A stretch of DNA of 64,000 nt from the NCBI GenBank assembly GCA_001768195.1, contig MENI01000097.1:4908-68907 (forward strand), given 5' to 3'. Position numbers and translations under genes: made by a program. The notes under the pieces were generated by a model. It did no database searches, was not told the DNA's origin, and saw only the letters and a list, made by a program, of their open reading frames with translations. The first letter of the stretch is position 1, and each line of letters opens with the position of its first letter. Shown piece after piece: positions 9,433 through 19,133 of this stretch. The stretch comes from Bacteroidetes bacterium GWA2_40_15 (GTDB lineage: Bacteria > Bacteroidota > Bacteroidia > Bacteroidales > VadinHA17).

Positions 9433-10899
9433 TTATTTACTGACTTTTCGGGAATTTTTCAGATATAGTACAGCATCTCCACTGAATCTTGCTTTAAAAG
9501 TTCTTTTACCATCGGGTACTTTAATGGTTCCTGATTCTTCCACAATACCCTTGGTTGGATTAAACCATTCGTATTTATATCTGCCTTTTACCAGGCTTGC
9601 ATCGAATGAAGAATCAGAGATCTCCTGATAAATAATATATTCCATCCCGGGATCAGCCAGACAATATGTTGTAGTTGAAAGTTCATTGTGGGGAATGGCA
9701 TTCTTCAGATTCATCCGTGCTGCATATTTGAGTGTGTACCCCATGTTTTTCCGAACAGGTTCCCAGTTTTTATCCGGTGGATCAGGAATAAAAGCGCCAT
9801 CGTATGGATCCATAAATAAGGGATTCATACCTCTTAAGAATGTTTTCCATACCCATGGCTGATTTCCCCAGATACCTCCCAGATGATCAGTGTCATATAG
9901 TATCACCTTCCTGCCGTCAGCTGCAGGGGGATCATTCCTGACATCCACATTGTTTGACCTATTATTTGGTGAGATCCATTCTGCCGGACTGGCAAAAAGA
10001 GCATCATTGCTTCCTCCTTTATACTGGAAAGTCATTCCCACCGGGTGTTGTTTTGGTTTTTGTTTTTCATAATCATGAATAAGATTTATCATATGATATT
10101 GCCATTCTGTTGAAGGGGGATGATTTTCATTGGAGATCTCAAAGAGTACATTATCAAGATGGTTCACAGCATCAATTACATGTTTCACATATTTCTCCTG
10201 CAACCCTGTTATTGTTGTATCAGCAAGGGTGTAAATCTCCAGACCACTTCCATCATTATTGATGTCGCCGTTTATTCCATTTATATTATTTTCAGGATTA
10301 AAAAAGTGGTTCTTCCAACCGTCAGTTGCAAATTGCATTGACCAGCCTTCAAAGAGCATTACAGATACATATATGTTATGTTTACCTGCATTTTCTATTC
10401 TTTCTCTGAGTCTGGTAAAATACTCCTGATTAAAACGCGTAAGGTCAAATTTCGGCCTTCCGTCTGTTGCAAAACCGGAACCGGTTCGTTCATAGGGATG
10501 AGGATAGATTTTCAATGAATTATCAGGACGATATGTCCTGGATTGCCAGGTTAACATTTCCCAGGTCCACATCCTGATGAAATTATGATTATGCTCCTTT
10601 AACCAGTTGACGTATTTGTTAAAATCGAAGGGTTCAGGAGGAAAATTTGTATCAGCATCCATAAGATTTGACCATGTATGTGCTCCTGTCAGATAGACAA
10701 TATTACCTGTACTATCAGCAAAGTACCGGGGGTTATCAGCTGATACTCTTAGTGTGCCCGTATTTTTGGAGGAAGGGAGGTCATCTGAAATGCATCCGGT
10801 AAAAGAAACTGCCATCAAGAAAGAGCTCAAAGCAACAACGCTGGTCCGGAAACAGTAGTTTCCTCTGTAGCTATTCCGCATTTCTGTTTGGGTTTTCAT
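9433..10899 (-). CDS. lipoprotein, GH5-like/DUF4038-type TIM-barrel glycoside hydrolase
   Basis: 488 aa. Lipobox SFTGC. HNFIRMWTWE and FEISNENH (an NE catalytic-acid-like motif) resemble clan GH-A enzymes. Confidence 0.55.
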   Translation of the reverse strand: MKTQTEMRNSYRGNYCFRTSVVALSSFLMAVSFTGCISDDLPSSKNTGTLRVSADNPRYFADSTGNIVYLTGAHTWSNLMDADTNFPPEPFDFNKYVNWLKEHNHNFIRMWTWEMLTWQSRTYRPDNSLKIYPHPYERTGSGFATDGRPKFDLTRFNQEYFTRLRERIENAGKHNIYVSVMLFEGWSMQFATDGWKNHFFNPENNINGINGDINNDGSGLEIYTLADTTITGLQEKYVKHVIDAVNHLDNVLFEISNENHPPSTEWQYHMINLIHDYEKQKPKQHPVGMTFQYKGGSNDALFASPAEWISPNNRSNNVDVRNDPPAADGRKVILYDTDHLGGIWGNQPWVWKTFLRGMNPLFMDPYDGAFIPDPPDKNWEPVRKNMGYTLKYAARMNLKNAIPHNELSTTTYCLADPGMEYIIYQEISDSSFDASLVKGRYKYEWFNPTKGIVEESGTIKVPDGKRTFKARFSGDAVLYLKNSRKVSK

Positions 10900-10982
10900 A
10901 TTTAAGTTTATTTAAACATATTCAATTATCATAGCTTAGTCCAATAATCCTGTAATTTCGAATCCATTAAAGTCTCCCGAAC

Positions 10983-11191
10983 TCATAAAAAGGTAAACAG
11001 GAGATGAGAGGTGCCTTCAAAGCTCATAATCGTATTGTAGAAATCATCCTCACTGATACCCGACAACATGCAGGCCTCTTTTGCTGCTGAAAGGTTTTGC
11101 ATATTATGTTCTCCGAATACTTTTACAGGAACAACCCTGTTGTGTGTTGCAGCATAAAACCCGGTTTTGTTCAGAAAATGACAATGAAATG
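10983..11191 (-). pseudogene. remnant of a Mur-ligase (Mpl/MurC-like) gene
   Basis: An open frame with no start codon encodes ..GFYAATHNRVVPVKVFGEHNMQNLSAAKEACMLSGISEDDFYNTIMSFEGTSH... This matches the G-x-HN-x-x-N..AA..F-x-G central-domain pattern of Mur ligases. It is truncated at both ends. Confidence 0.5.
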
Positions 11192-11201
11192 TATTTTCAT
11201 A

Positions 11202-12068
11202 TTATACATCACAGATAAGCACGGATCTTCTCAGCGATTCCAGTTTATCCTTCATCGTGGGGACAAACTCATGCCCTACATACCCTTTATAGCCTGTTTT
11301 AACCAGTGCATTCATTATAGCAGGATAATACAGTTCCTGAGTTTCATCAAGTTCATGCCTGCCCGGCACACCTCCTGTATGGATATGCCCTATATACTGA
11401 CTGTATTTTGTGATAGTCTCAATAATATTGCCTTCCATTATCTGCATATGGTAAATATCGTATAAGAGCTTAAATCTTTCTGATCCTACCATTTCGCAAA
11501 GGGCTGCTCCCCAGCTGGTTCTGTCGCACTGATAATCCTCATGCTGATAACTGTTCAGCAGTTCAATTACAATTGTTACTTCATATTTTTCTGCCAAAGG
11601 CATAACCTGGCGTAATCCTCTTGCGCAGTTAAGGAGCCCCTCGTTATCATCCTGCCCCTCCCTGTTGCCTGAAAAACAGATAAGTGCAGGGACTCCGGCA
11701 GCAGCAGCTTTAGGGATCATTGCATTAAAGTCTGAAATTAGTTTCTCATGATTATACAACCGGTTGAATCCTTTGGGGATTCCCCAGTCAGTTGCATAAC
11801 CGACAGCACAGTTCAATCCTGCCTTCCGAACCACAGGCCAGTCTTTTTCCCCGAGAAGTTCAATTGATTCCAGTCCCATTTCCTTGCAGGCTTTTGCAAA
11901 CTGCTCAAGGGGAATGTCGTCATAACACCACTGGCTTACCGAATGACGTATATTCCCTTTAAGGGTAATGCTTTCCTCCTCTGTTCCGGCCAGAACATGG
12001 TTCAGTGGATTTACTGCGGTGACAACAGCTGCTCCGGCCATGCTTTCAATCATCTTTCTTCTTTTCAT
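11202..12068 (-). CDS. xylose-isomerase-like TIM-barrel protein (hydroxypyruvate isomerase/sugar phosphate isomerase family) with N-terminal export signal
   Basis: 288 aa. N-terminus MKRRKMIESMAGAAVVTAV. The body has the IELLN..H and GHIHT patterns of the AP_endonuc_2 fold. Confidence 0.65.
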   Translation of the reverse strand: MKRRKMIESMAGAAVVTAVNPLNHVLAGTEEESITLKGNIRHSVSQWCYDDIPLEQFAKACKEMGLESIELLGEKDWPVVRKAGLNCAVGYATDWGIPKGFNRLYNHEKLISDFNAMIPKAAAAGVPALICFSGNREGQDDNEGLLNCARGLRQVMPLAEKYEVTIVIELLNSYQHEDYQCDRTSWGAALCEMVGSERFKLLYDIYHMQIMEGNIIETITKYSQYIGHIHTGGVPGRHELDETQELYYPAIMNALVKTGYKGYVGHEFVPTMKDKLESLRRSVLICDV

Positions 12069-12150
12069 ATTACAAATTCTGAAAATAAGGTTAAAAATAA
12101 CACTTATTATTTGTATTCTGCTGCAACCTGATTCTTCTTACTTAAAGTCA

Positions 12151-12158
12151 TATATTTG
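12151..12158 (+). promoter_or_regulatory. -7 box TATATTTG for the PLD-family gene
   Basis: Perfect TAnnTTTG 29 nt upstream of the ATG at 12187. The 15-mer tcatatatttgtaat recurs on the minus strand at 37358-37372. Confidence 0.45.
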
Positions 12159-12186
12159 TAATGAGGAAACAAATCTCATTTGACTA

Positions 12187-13368
12187 ATGAAATTACCCTC
12201 GCGTCATCAATATAAGAGTGGTCATTCTGTCAGGTTGCTCAGGAGCGGCAGCTCCTATTTTGAGGCATGTGAAGAAGCAATTGACAGTGCAAAACATTTC
12301 ATTCACTTCCAGACATATATTGTTGATAATGATGAAACCGGACAAAGAGTTGTTTCTGCACTGAAAAGGGCGTCGGAAAAGGGCATCAGAGTTTATTTCC
12401 TTCTTGATGCTTACGGAGGAAGATCATTCCCCGGGAATCTTGAGGAGGAGATTGAGAAAGCAGGAGTTTTCTTCCGCAGATTTTCTCCGGTAATGATTTC
12501 AAGGGATTTTCAGCTCAGCTTAAGGCTGCATCATAAAGTTCTGCTTGTGGACGGAGAACATGCTATAATCGGAGGAATGAATGTTGCAAACCGGTACCAT
12601 GGAAAACGAGGGATGAAAGAGTGGCTTGATTTTGCAGTTTCTGTTAAGGGACCTGAATGTGTTAATGTATTATTTATCCTTAAGAAGCTGTGGAACAAGG
12701 CGTTCCTGAAAAGAAATGAACGATCGCGTGAAATGGTCCATAATCCTGTATATTATGAGGATAATGTCAGAATTAAAGTGCTTCAGAATAACTGGTACAG
12801 GAACAAGATTGAGATACTGAAAAGCTACAGGTCGGCTCTTAAGCACTCGAGGGAGAAGATGATAATAATGGCCAGCTACTTTCTTCCCGGCAGGAATGAG
12901 CGAAAGTTACTCAGGAATGCAAGCCGTCGTGGCGTTAATATAACAATTGTCCTTTCTGCTGAATCAGATGCACCCATGTTCAAACGGGCAACCAACTTTC
13001 TGTACAGGTTTATACTCAGGAATAATATAAAGATATATGAATACCTTCCTTCGAACCTTCATGCTAAAATAGCCACGGTTGATGGTATCTGGTGTACAAT
13101 AGGCAGCTATAACCTCAATCACCTGAGTGACTATGGCAGCATTGAGATGAATGTTAATATCCTTGATGAGGATTTTACAGGAACATTTGATGAACTGCTG
13201 ACCAACCTTATCAAAAATGATTGTCGCCAGGTTACCTTCGAGAACTATATCCACAGGAAAACCTGGCCCAACAGGCTATTTGACTGGAGCTCATACCAGA
13301 CGATAAGATTCATGCTCAGGATTATGTTCCTTCTCACATCAAAAGGCCCCCAAAAGCATTCCGTTTAG
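12187..13368 (+). CDS. phospholipase D/cardiolipin synthase-like protein (two HKD motifs)
   Basis: HHKVLLVDGEHAIIGGMN and HAKIATVDGIWCTIGSYNLN. Confidence 0.8.
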   Translation: MKLPSRHQYKSGHSVRLLRSGSSYFEACEEAIDSAKHFIHFQTYIVDNDETGQRVVSALKRASEKGIRVYFLLDAYGGRSFPGNLEEEIEKAGVFFRRFSPVMISRDFQLSLRLHHKVLLVDGEHAIIGGMNVANRYHGKRGMKEWLDFAVSVKGPECVNVLFILKKLWNKAFLKRNERSREMVHNPVYYEDNVRIKVLQNNWYRNKIEILKSYRSALKHSREKMIIMASYFLPGRNERKLLRNASRRGVNITIVLSAESDAPMFKRATNFLYRFILRNNIKIYEYLPSNLHAKIATVDGIWCTIGSYNLNHLSDYGSIEMNVNILDEDFTGTFDELLTNLIKNDCRQVTFENYIHRKTWPNRLFDWSSYQTIRFMLRIMFLLTSKGPQKHSV

Positions 13369-14255
13369 AATTGATGGAAATCCATCGTTACAAATTCCAT
13401 AACCTTTGGTAGTGCAGCACGCCAGTAAACCCAGTTGTGAATACCGTCGCGCACCCTGTATTCGTGAGCAATTCCCTTTTTGCGCATTGCGATGTGGACC
13501 AGTGCATTGCCTTCATATAAAAAATCATCATCACCGCAATCAATATACCATCTGACCCTCTTTTTCTGATCCTCAGGCTTATTTGATTTTATCTGGTCAT
13601 CAGGAATATTTTCAATGATATTAAGCACACTGTAGCTTTTGAAATATGCCTCCTTTTGTGCATCAGTAACATCGTCGGTTGATTGCAGAAGCCTGTCAGT
13701 CTTAAGTTCTTCCAAAGTTTTTGGTCCCGTGGCAGCACTGAGCGGACATGCTGAGGCGAACAATTCCGGATGATGAAGTGCATATATGAATGTGCCGTAA
13801 CCTCCCATTGAGAGACCGGCAACTGCGCGATAATGCTTATCAGCTTTGATTCGATAAGTTTTTTCAATGTAGGGCATGAATTCCTGGAAAAAGAAATCCT
13901 CGTAAAGCCAGTCTCCCTTAGGACTGTTGAAATATCCTCGGCGGCCCGTATTTCCATCAGGCATCACAATGATCATAGGAGTTGCAACACCTTCATTTAT
14001 TGCTTTGTCAGCAATATACAGCACCTCTCCGAATTGTACCCAGCCGGTCTGATCATCACCGGCTCCGTGAAGGAGATAAAGTACAGGGTAACTACGGCTT
14101 GATGTCTCATAATCAGGAGGGAGATAGATTGCATATTTACGGTCCATTTTTAATATCGTACTCGGCAACGAAAGATTGTCAGAGACTTTTCCTGTTTGCG
14201 CAATCAGAACAGATGTAGTAACAAGACAAATAATTATTGTAAGAGCTTTTTTCAT
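13365..14255 (-). CDS. secreted esterase (alpha/beta hydrolase, putative-esterase/CE1-like)
   Basis: The track ORF runs to 14372 from a TTG start. The ATG at 14255 gives signal peptide MKKALTIIICLVTTSVLIAQ. Nucleophile elbow GLSMGGYG. Confidence 0.75.
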   Translation of the reverse strand: MKKALTIIICLVTTSVLIAQTGKVSDNLSLPSTILKMDRKYAIYLPPDYETSSRSYPVLYLLHGAGDDQTGWVQFGEVLYIADKAINEGVATPMIIVMPDGNTGRRGYFNSPKGDWLYEDFFFQEFMPYIEKTYRIKADKHYRAVAGLSMGGYGTFIYALHHPELFASACPLSAATGPKTLEELKTDRLLQSTDDVTDAQKEAYFKSYSVLNIIENIPDDQIKSNKPEDQKKRVRWYIDCGDDDFLYEGNALVHIAMRKKGIAHEYRVRDGIHNWVYWRAALPKVMEFVTMDFHQF

Positions 14256-14337
14256 GGGTTGAATTTTAAATATTGATTTCATATTACCGATTTTAAAGGT
14301 ATTAAAATTCTTAATATTGTATAATAAAAAAAGCCTG

Positions 14338-15180
14338 ATGAAACTCAATCTTTTCAATATATCCAACTTCAAAGTCGACGGAGGTGCAATGTTTGGTGTA
14401 ATTCCAAAAGTATTATGGTCAAGAGTTTACCCTGCTGATCAGATGAACCTTATAGTGCTTACACTAAGGTCACTGATTGTTGAAACAGCGGGCCATATAA
14501 TCCTGGTTGATACCGGCTGGGGCGATAAGCAGGATGAAAAGTTCTTCAGACATGTAAACCTGCATGGAGGAGAAGGATTGATTGAAGGGCTTGAACGCAG
14601 AGGATACACTCCTGAAGATATTACAGACGTATTCCTGACTCACCTTCATGCCGACCATTGCGGCGGAGGCATTAAGAGATCTGCAGACGGAAAGGGATAT
14701 GAGCCGGTTTTTCCCGGAGCTGCATATCATGTAAGCAGAGCTCAGTGGGGATGGGCAGTAAAGAATAATCCAAGGGAAGAAGATGCATATCCAGAGGAGA
14801 ACTTTTTACCCGTTAAAGAAAGCGGCAAGCTTAATCTTATTGAAGATGAAGGGGAATTGTTTCCGGGATTTTCTGTAAGAATATGCTACGGTCATACTCC
14901 AGGGTTAATGATACCAGTTATAAAATATAACGAAAAGACTTTTGTGTATACAGGCGACCTTATACCAACCGCTGCTCATATACCCCTCTTATGGAACATG
15001 AGTTATGATATTGAAACTCTGAAGACAATCGAAGAGAAGGAGAGGATACTTCAGGAGGCTCTGGAGAACAATTATATTCTAATTTTTCAGCATGATGAAC
15101 ATGTAGAATGCTGCACTCTTGAAATGACCGAAAAAGGAATAAGAGTTAAAGAGAATTTTGAATTTATTAATATCCTGTAA
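14338..15180 (+). CDS. MBL-fold metallo-hydrolase
   Basis: THLHADHCGG motif. The track start at 14317 is TTG and the first ATG is at 14338. Confidence 0.8.
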   Translation: MKLNLFNISNFKVDGGAMFGVIPKVLWSRVYPADQMNLIVLTLRSLIVETAGHIILVDTGWGDKQDEKFFRHVNLHGGEGLIEGLERRGYTPEDITDVFLTHLHADHCGGGIKRSADGKGYEPVFPGAAYHVSRAQWGWAVKNNPREEDAYPEENFLPVKESGKLNLIEDEGELFPGFSVRICYGHTPGLMIPVIKYNEKTFVYTGDLIPTAAHIPLLWNMSYDIETLKTIEEKERILQEALENNYILIFQHDEHVECCTLEMTEKGIRVKENFEFINIL

Positions 15181-15190
15181 AACCAGTATT

Positions 15191-15412
15191 ATGAGTAAAA
15201 GGTACCTTCTGATGTCATTTTTGTATTCAACAACATTCCTTCTTCAGGCTCAATGGGTAAGTGCAAACCAGGTGGATTTTCTTGTGGCAGACTATTCAAA
15301 CGGCGGAGCTGAGATATTTTTTGCATCACACCTTGAGCATGAACGAAAGCCTTTGATGCCCGGTGACAATTTCAAAGGCGAGGTTACATTGAAGTTAGTA
15401 AGTCAGGAATAG
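15191..15412 (+). CDS. small hypothetical secreted protein
   Basis: The ATG at 15191 gives MSKRYLLMSFLYSTTFLLQAQ (signal-like). No homology recognised. Confidence 0.3.
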   Translation: MSKRYLLMSFLYSTTFLLQAQWVSANQVDFLVADYSNGGAEIFFASHLEHERKPLMPGDNFKGEVTLKLVSQE

Positions 15413-15415
15413 TTT

Positions 15416-15516
15416 TTAACCACACAAAGAATATTGCACAGAGGGCACTAAGAAAATCTGTTTTTTTGACTATCTCTGTGTTCTTTGTGTGATTCCTTTG
15501 TGACCTTTGTGGTTAA
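15416..15516. repeat. imperfect inverted repeat of about 100 nt (cacaaag-type REP-like element)
   Basis: Left arm ttaaccacacaaagaa..cacagag pairs with right arm ctctgtgttctttgtgtg..tggttaa. The right arm carries an extra cctttgtgacctttgt. Confidence 0.6.
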
Positions 15517-15536
15517 AGGATTTTTTTGTATTTTTG
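15506..15536 (+). promoter_or_regulatory. Bacteroidota-type promoter of the fumarase gene (-33 TTTG, 19-nt spacer, -7 TATTTTTG)
   Basis: TTTG at 15506-15509 and TATTTTTG at 15529-15536, with the ATG 52 nt downstream. The -33 lies inside the right arm of the inverted repeat. Confidence 0.55.
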
Positions 15537-15587
15537 AGAAAGCATCTTTCTTGAAGATCTTTCATTACTAACGAAAAATCTTTTATC

Positions 15588-17198
15588 ATGCCGGAATTCA
15601 GATATGAAAAACCTTTTCAGATTGATAAGGATTCAACTAAGTACCGCCTTCTTACAAAAGATTATGTTAAGATAGTTGAAGCTGATGGCAGAAAAATCCT
15701 GAAGGTCGATCCTCCGGGTCTTGAACTTCTTGCCAAGGAAGCTGTTTCGGATCTTTCATTTTATCTGAGGACATCGCATCTTGAAAAGCTGGCTGTCATT
15801 CTTAAGGACCCGGAAGCGACTGACAATGACCGTTTTGTAGCTTACATGATGCTTCGGAATACAGTTATCTCTGCAAAGGGAGATCTGCCATGGTGCCAGG
15901 ATACGGGAACAGCAATTGTTATGGCAAAGAAGGGTGAACAGGTATGGACCGGTGTCAATGATGCTGAGTATCTGTCAAAGGGAATCTATGAAACATATAA
16001 AAATAAGAACCTAAGGTATTCACAGGTAGTTCCTCTTACAATGTTTGATGAAAAGAATACCGGATCGAATCTGCCTGCCCAGATAGACATCTATTCGGGA
16101 GAGGGATATATGTATGAGTTTCTTTTTATCACCAAGGGAGGAGGTTCTGCAAACAAGACATTCCTTTATCAGCAGACCAAATCACTCCTGAATGAGGAAT
16201 CCCTGGTAAAATTCGTTAAGGAAAAGATCAGGGAACTCGGAACATCAGCCTGTCCGCCATATCACCTGGCGCTTGTTATCGGAGGTACCTCTGCTGAAGC
16301 AACTTTGAAAACAGTAAAAGAGGCATCTGCAGGTTATTTCGATCATTTGCCGGTTACAGGCAATGAGGGAGGACGCGCTTTCCGGGATCTTGAGTGGGAA
16401 AAAAGAATTGAGAAGATCTGTCATGAATACGGAGTAGGAGCCCAGTTCGGTGGCAAATATTTTGTACATGATGTAAGGGTAATACGTCTTCCGAGGCATG
16501 CAGCTTCATGCCCTGTGGGGATTGGCGTAAGCTGCAGTGCCGACAGGAATATAAAAGCAAAGATCACCGGCGATGGGATATTCCTGGAAGAGCTGGAACG
16601 TAATCCTGAAAAGTTTATGCCTGCAAAGGCCCCGGAACTTGAAAAACCGGTTGAAATCAATCTCGATCGTCCTATGAAGGAGGTGCTTGCAGAGCTGACA
16701 AAATACACGGTAAAGACCAGGCTAAGTCTTACAGGTACACTTATTGTAGCAAGAGATATTGCCCATGCAAGGATCAAAAAGATGCTGGATGAAGGCAAAC
16801 CTATGCCGGAATATTTCAGGAATCACCCCGTTTATTATGCCGGACCGGCAAAGACACCTGCAGGTATGCCTTCGGGTAGTTTTGGCCCGACAACTGCAGG
16901 TCGAATGGATACATATGTTGATCTTTTCCAAAGCCTTGGGGGATCGCTGATCATGCTTGCCAAGGGCAACCGCAACCGTCAGGTTATTGATTCATGCAAG
17001 AAGTATGGAGGATTTTACCTGGGCTCTATAGGAGGTCCGGCTGCCATACTGGCTGCGGAGAACATAAAATCTGTTGAGATGGTGGATTTTGAAGATCTGG
17101 GTATGGAAGCTATACGAAAAATACGGGTTGAAAACATGCCTGCATTCATTATCACCGACGATAAGGGAAATGATTTTTTTGATAATTACAACAAATAG
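15588..17198 (+). CDS. fumA: class I (Fe-S) fumarate hydratase
   Basis: 536 aa, near-colinear with E. coli FumA. Shared strings include [44 protein letters not shown] and GPTTAGRMD. Confidence 0.95.
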   Translation: MPEFRYEKPFQIDKDSTKYRLLTKDYVKIVEADGRKILKVDPPGLELLAKEAVSDLSFYLRTSHLEKLAVILKDPEATDNDRFVAYMMLRNTVISAKGDLPWCQDTGTAIVMAKKGEQVWTGVNDAEYLSKGIYETYKNKNLRYSQVVPLTMFDEKNTGSNLPAQIDIYSGEGYMYEFLFITKGGGSANKTFLYQQTKSLLNEESLVKFVKEKIRELGTSACPPYHLALVIGGTSAEATLKTVKEASAGYFDHLPVTGNEGGRAFRDLEWEKRIEKICHEYGVGAQFGGKYFVHDVRVIRLPRHAASCPVGIGVSCSADRNIKAKITGDGIFLEELERNPEKFMPAKAPELEKPVEINLDRPMKEVLAELTKYTVKTRLSLTGTLIVARDIAHARIKKMLDEGKPMPEYFRNHPVYYAGPAKTPAGMPSGSFGPTTAGRMDTYVDLFQSLGGSLIMLAKGNRNRQVIDSCKKYGGFYLGSIGGPAAILAAENIKSVEMVDFEDLGMEAIRKIRVENMPAFIITDDKGNDFFDNYNK

Positions 17199-17202
17199 AA
17201 GA

Positions 17203-17257
17203 CCTCACTCCAACCCCTCTCCCGGGAGCGATGAACGGGAGGGGGTGAGGTTGTTTT
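17203..17257. terminator. GC-rich hairpin plus T-run between convergent genes
   Basis: cctcac..cccctctcccg / cgggagggggtgagg followed by ttgtttt. It lies directly after the fumarase stop. Confidence 0.55.
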
Positions 17258-17594
17258 AATTCTTCCAGATCCTCTTTACAAAATCTGCTTTATCATAAAA
17301 TTTAACACCCTGTATGATAGTGTTTCCGGTAATCCCTCCGAGGAAGCCCAGAGAGTAGCAGTCTTCTGAATAGACAGCAGCTCCCAGGTCGGCGCCGCAT
17401 GAACCATCAGAAAATACATAAACATTTTTCCCGTTTAATATATAGAGTGAGACTGAAGCTCCGGAATCACAAATAACCGTTTTGGTAAATTCCCTGATCT
17501 TATCCTTAATACACCCTGGTGCATCATAGTTGTTTTTTTCACAACCTGAAAAAAGCAGGGTATAAAATATTATCAGAACAATAACCTTTTTCAT
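17256..17594 (-). CDS. small hypothetical lipoprotein
   Basis: 112 aa with lipobox LLFSGC. No family recognised. Confidence 0.5.
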   Translation of the reverse strand: MKKVIVLIIFYTLLFSGCEKNNYDAPGCIKDKIREFTKTVICDSGASVSLYILNGKNVYVFSDGSCGADLGAAVYSEDCYSLGFLGGITGNTIIQGVKFYDKADFVKRIWKN

Positions 17595-17687
17595 ATAATT
17601 AAAGGTAGTAATTTAACTAAAAAACAAAAATCATGCCCCAATTGTTTGATAATCACTCAATATTTTCTCCCCTTCACCCTCTCTCCC

Positions 17688-19115
17688 CTAAAGTCTTTCT
17701 ATTACAAAGATGTCGTGCCTGTCGAGATTCAGCCAGTATTTGATAGAGTTCTTCCTGACCAGTTCCCAGTAAATGTCACTGTCGAGGCCATAGACAAAGT
17801 TTATCTCCTTTAGTTCATTGCTTATGAGCGATGCAATTTCAGGTTTAAGGGTCAGCCTTATTTTTCGGTTCATATAAATGAATTCGGCTGAAGGTAATGC
17901 AGGCGATTCATGCTTAACAGTAAGCAGACCGTGGCCCGGTGTTGCTCCGGTACTTACCTGGAGACCATCATTCATGCAGCTCATTGGAGGTTCGGAGCCT
18001 GCTGATGAGGTGACCATAAATTCATCCACCCCTGTATTGAAATATTCTCTGGCCCTGATCCCCATTTTAACACCTATTATGGCAAAAACACCAAGATGCC
18101 TGTGTAACTCATTTGCGATCACTCCTGACACCCATTCATCCAAACCGTATTTGTTGATTATATCCGTTACAGATGGTTCAATATCTGCGAAATAGAATGA
18201 AGGAGTCAGCGGAAATTCCTTTATAACCTGATTTCTTTCAACCGTTTCCCCTTTAAGTATCCGCAGAGTCTTTTCCCTGATCAGGCCTATGTCGGCAGGC
18301 GATGCAACAATGCCTTTCGCTGTTGTTTCGGCATTGAATAATTGAGGGTAATGCATGTAAACTGGTATCGCATCATCAGTCATTCCAAATGAAAAATTGT
18401 GGTTCTTTGCCTTTTCTGATGTAAAAAATTCTGTTAATCTCTTTGCATACGCAGAATGTACAAATGAGATATTGTTGTTTAGGTCAGCGTCATATAATTT
18501 CATGTCGCCTGTTCCTTTTACTACGGTTACCTGGATGCCACTTCCGAAAATTTTACTGACAGCCTGAGCATCAATCTTATAGTTAAAGCCCTTTTTGTCA
18601 TTCAGCCCGTCAGCGCTCCATATGATCCCTTTTACCTTTTGCCTGAACTGAGGGATCTCCGCATAAGCAGAAGCTGCAGTTGAGAGGCTTCCGAGGCATA
18701 CCATACTGATTTTATTATTCTCTGTGCTCAGTATTTCGCGTATAACACCAATACATTCAGGGGCTATATCTCCTGATAATTGATTTTCCTCTCCCCATAC
18801 ATAGTTCAATGCCAATGGGAGATCAGGCGATCTGAATTTACATGAAGTGTTTATCCCTACAGGTATGCCCTCGTGGTAAAATCCATTCAGAAGGCTTTTT
18901 ACTTTTACCCAGGCGGCCTTTGCATTCAGCGCTCCGGGTGAAACGGTTATTGCAAGCACCCTGATGTCGGGCGAGGCAAGCAGCATCGAAATTGCTTTCA
19001 TGTCATCTACTCCTGCATCAGTGTCAACTATGATATAATGCCGGGGCTTCCACGGATGTGAAAAAGCAGTAACAGCAAAACCAAACGTCAGCAGCAGAAT
19101 AAATATCCTTTTCAT
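17688..19115 (-). CDS. secreted fusion protein: inosine-uridine nucleoside hydrolase-like N-domain plus FmdE-like C-domain
   Basis: The ATG at 19115 (the track TTG is at 19124) gives signal peptide MKRIFILLLTFGFAVTAFS. The IUNH signature is IIVDTDAGVDDMKAI. The C-terminal ~150 aa (HRHLGVFAIIGVKMGIRA..SCMNDGLQVSTGATPGHGLL) follow the FmdE-domain pattern. Confidence 0.6.
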   Translation of the reverse strand: MKRIFILLLTFGFAVTAFSHPWKPRHYIIVDTDAGVDDMKAISMLLASPDIRVLAITVSPGALNAKAAWVKVKSLLNGFYHEGIPVGINTSCKFRSPDLPLALNYVWGEENQLSGDIAPECIGVIREILSTENNKISMVCLGSLSTAASAYAEIPQFRQKVKGIIWSADGLNDKKGFNYKIDAQAVSKIFGSGIQVTVVKGTGDMKLYDADLNNNISFVHSAYAKRLTEFFTSEKAKNHNFSFGMTDDAIPVYMHYPQLFNAETTAKGIVASPADIGLIREKTLRILKGETVERNQVIKEFPLTPSFYFADIEPSVTDIINKYGLDEWVSGVIANELHRHLGVFAIIGVKMGIRAREYFNTGVDEFMVTSSAGSEPPMSCMNDGLQVSTGATPGHGLLTVKHESPALPSAEFIYMNRKIRLTLKPEIASLISNELKEINFVYGLDSDIYWELVRKNSIKYWLNLDRHDIFVIERL

Positions 19116-19133
19116 AAGTGACAAATTTCTTAT

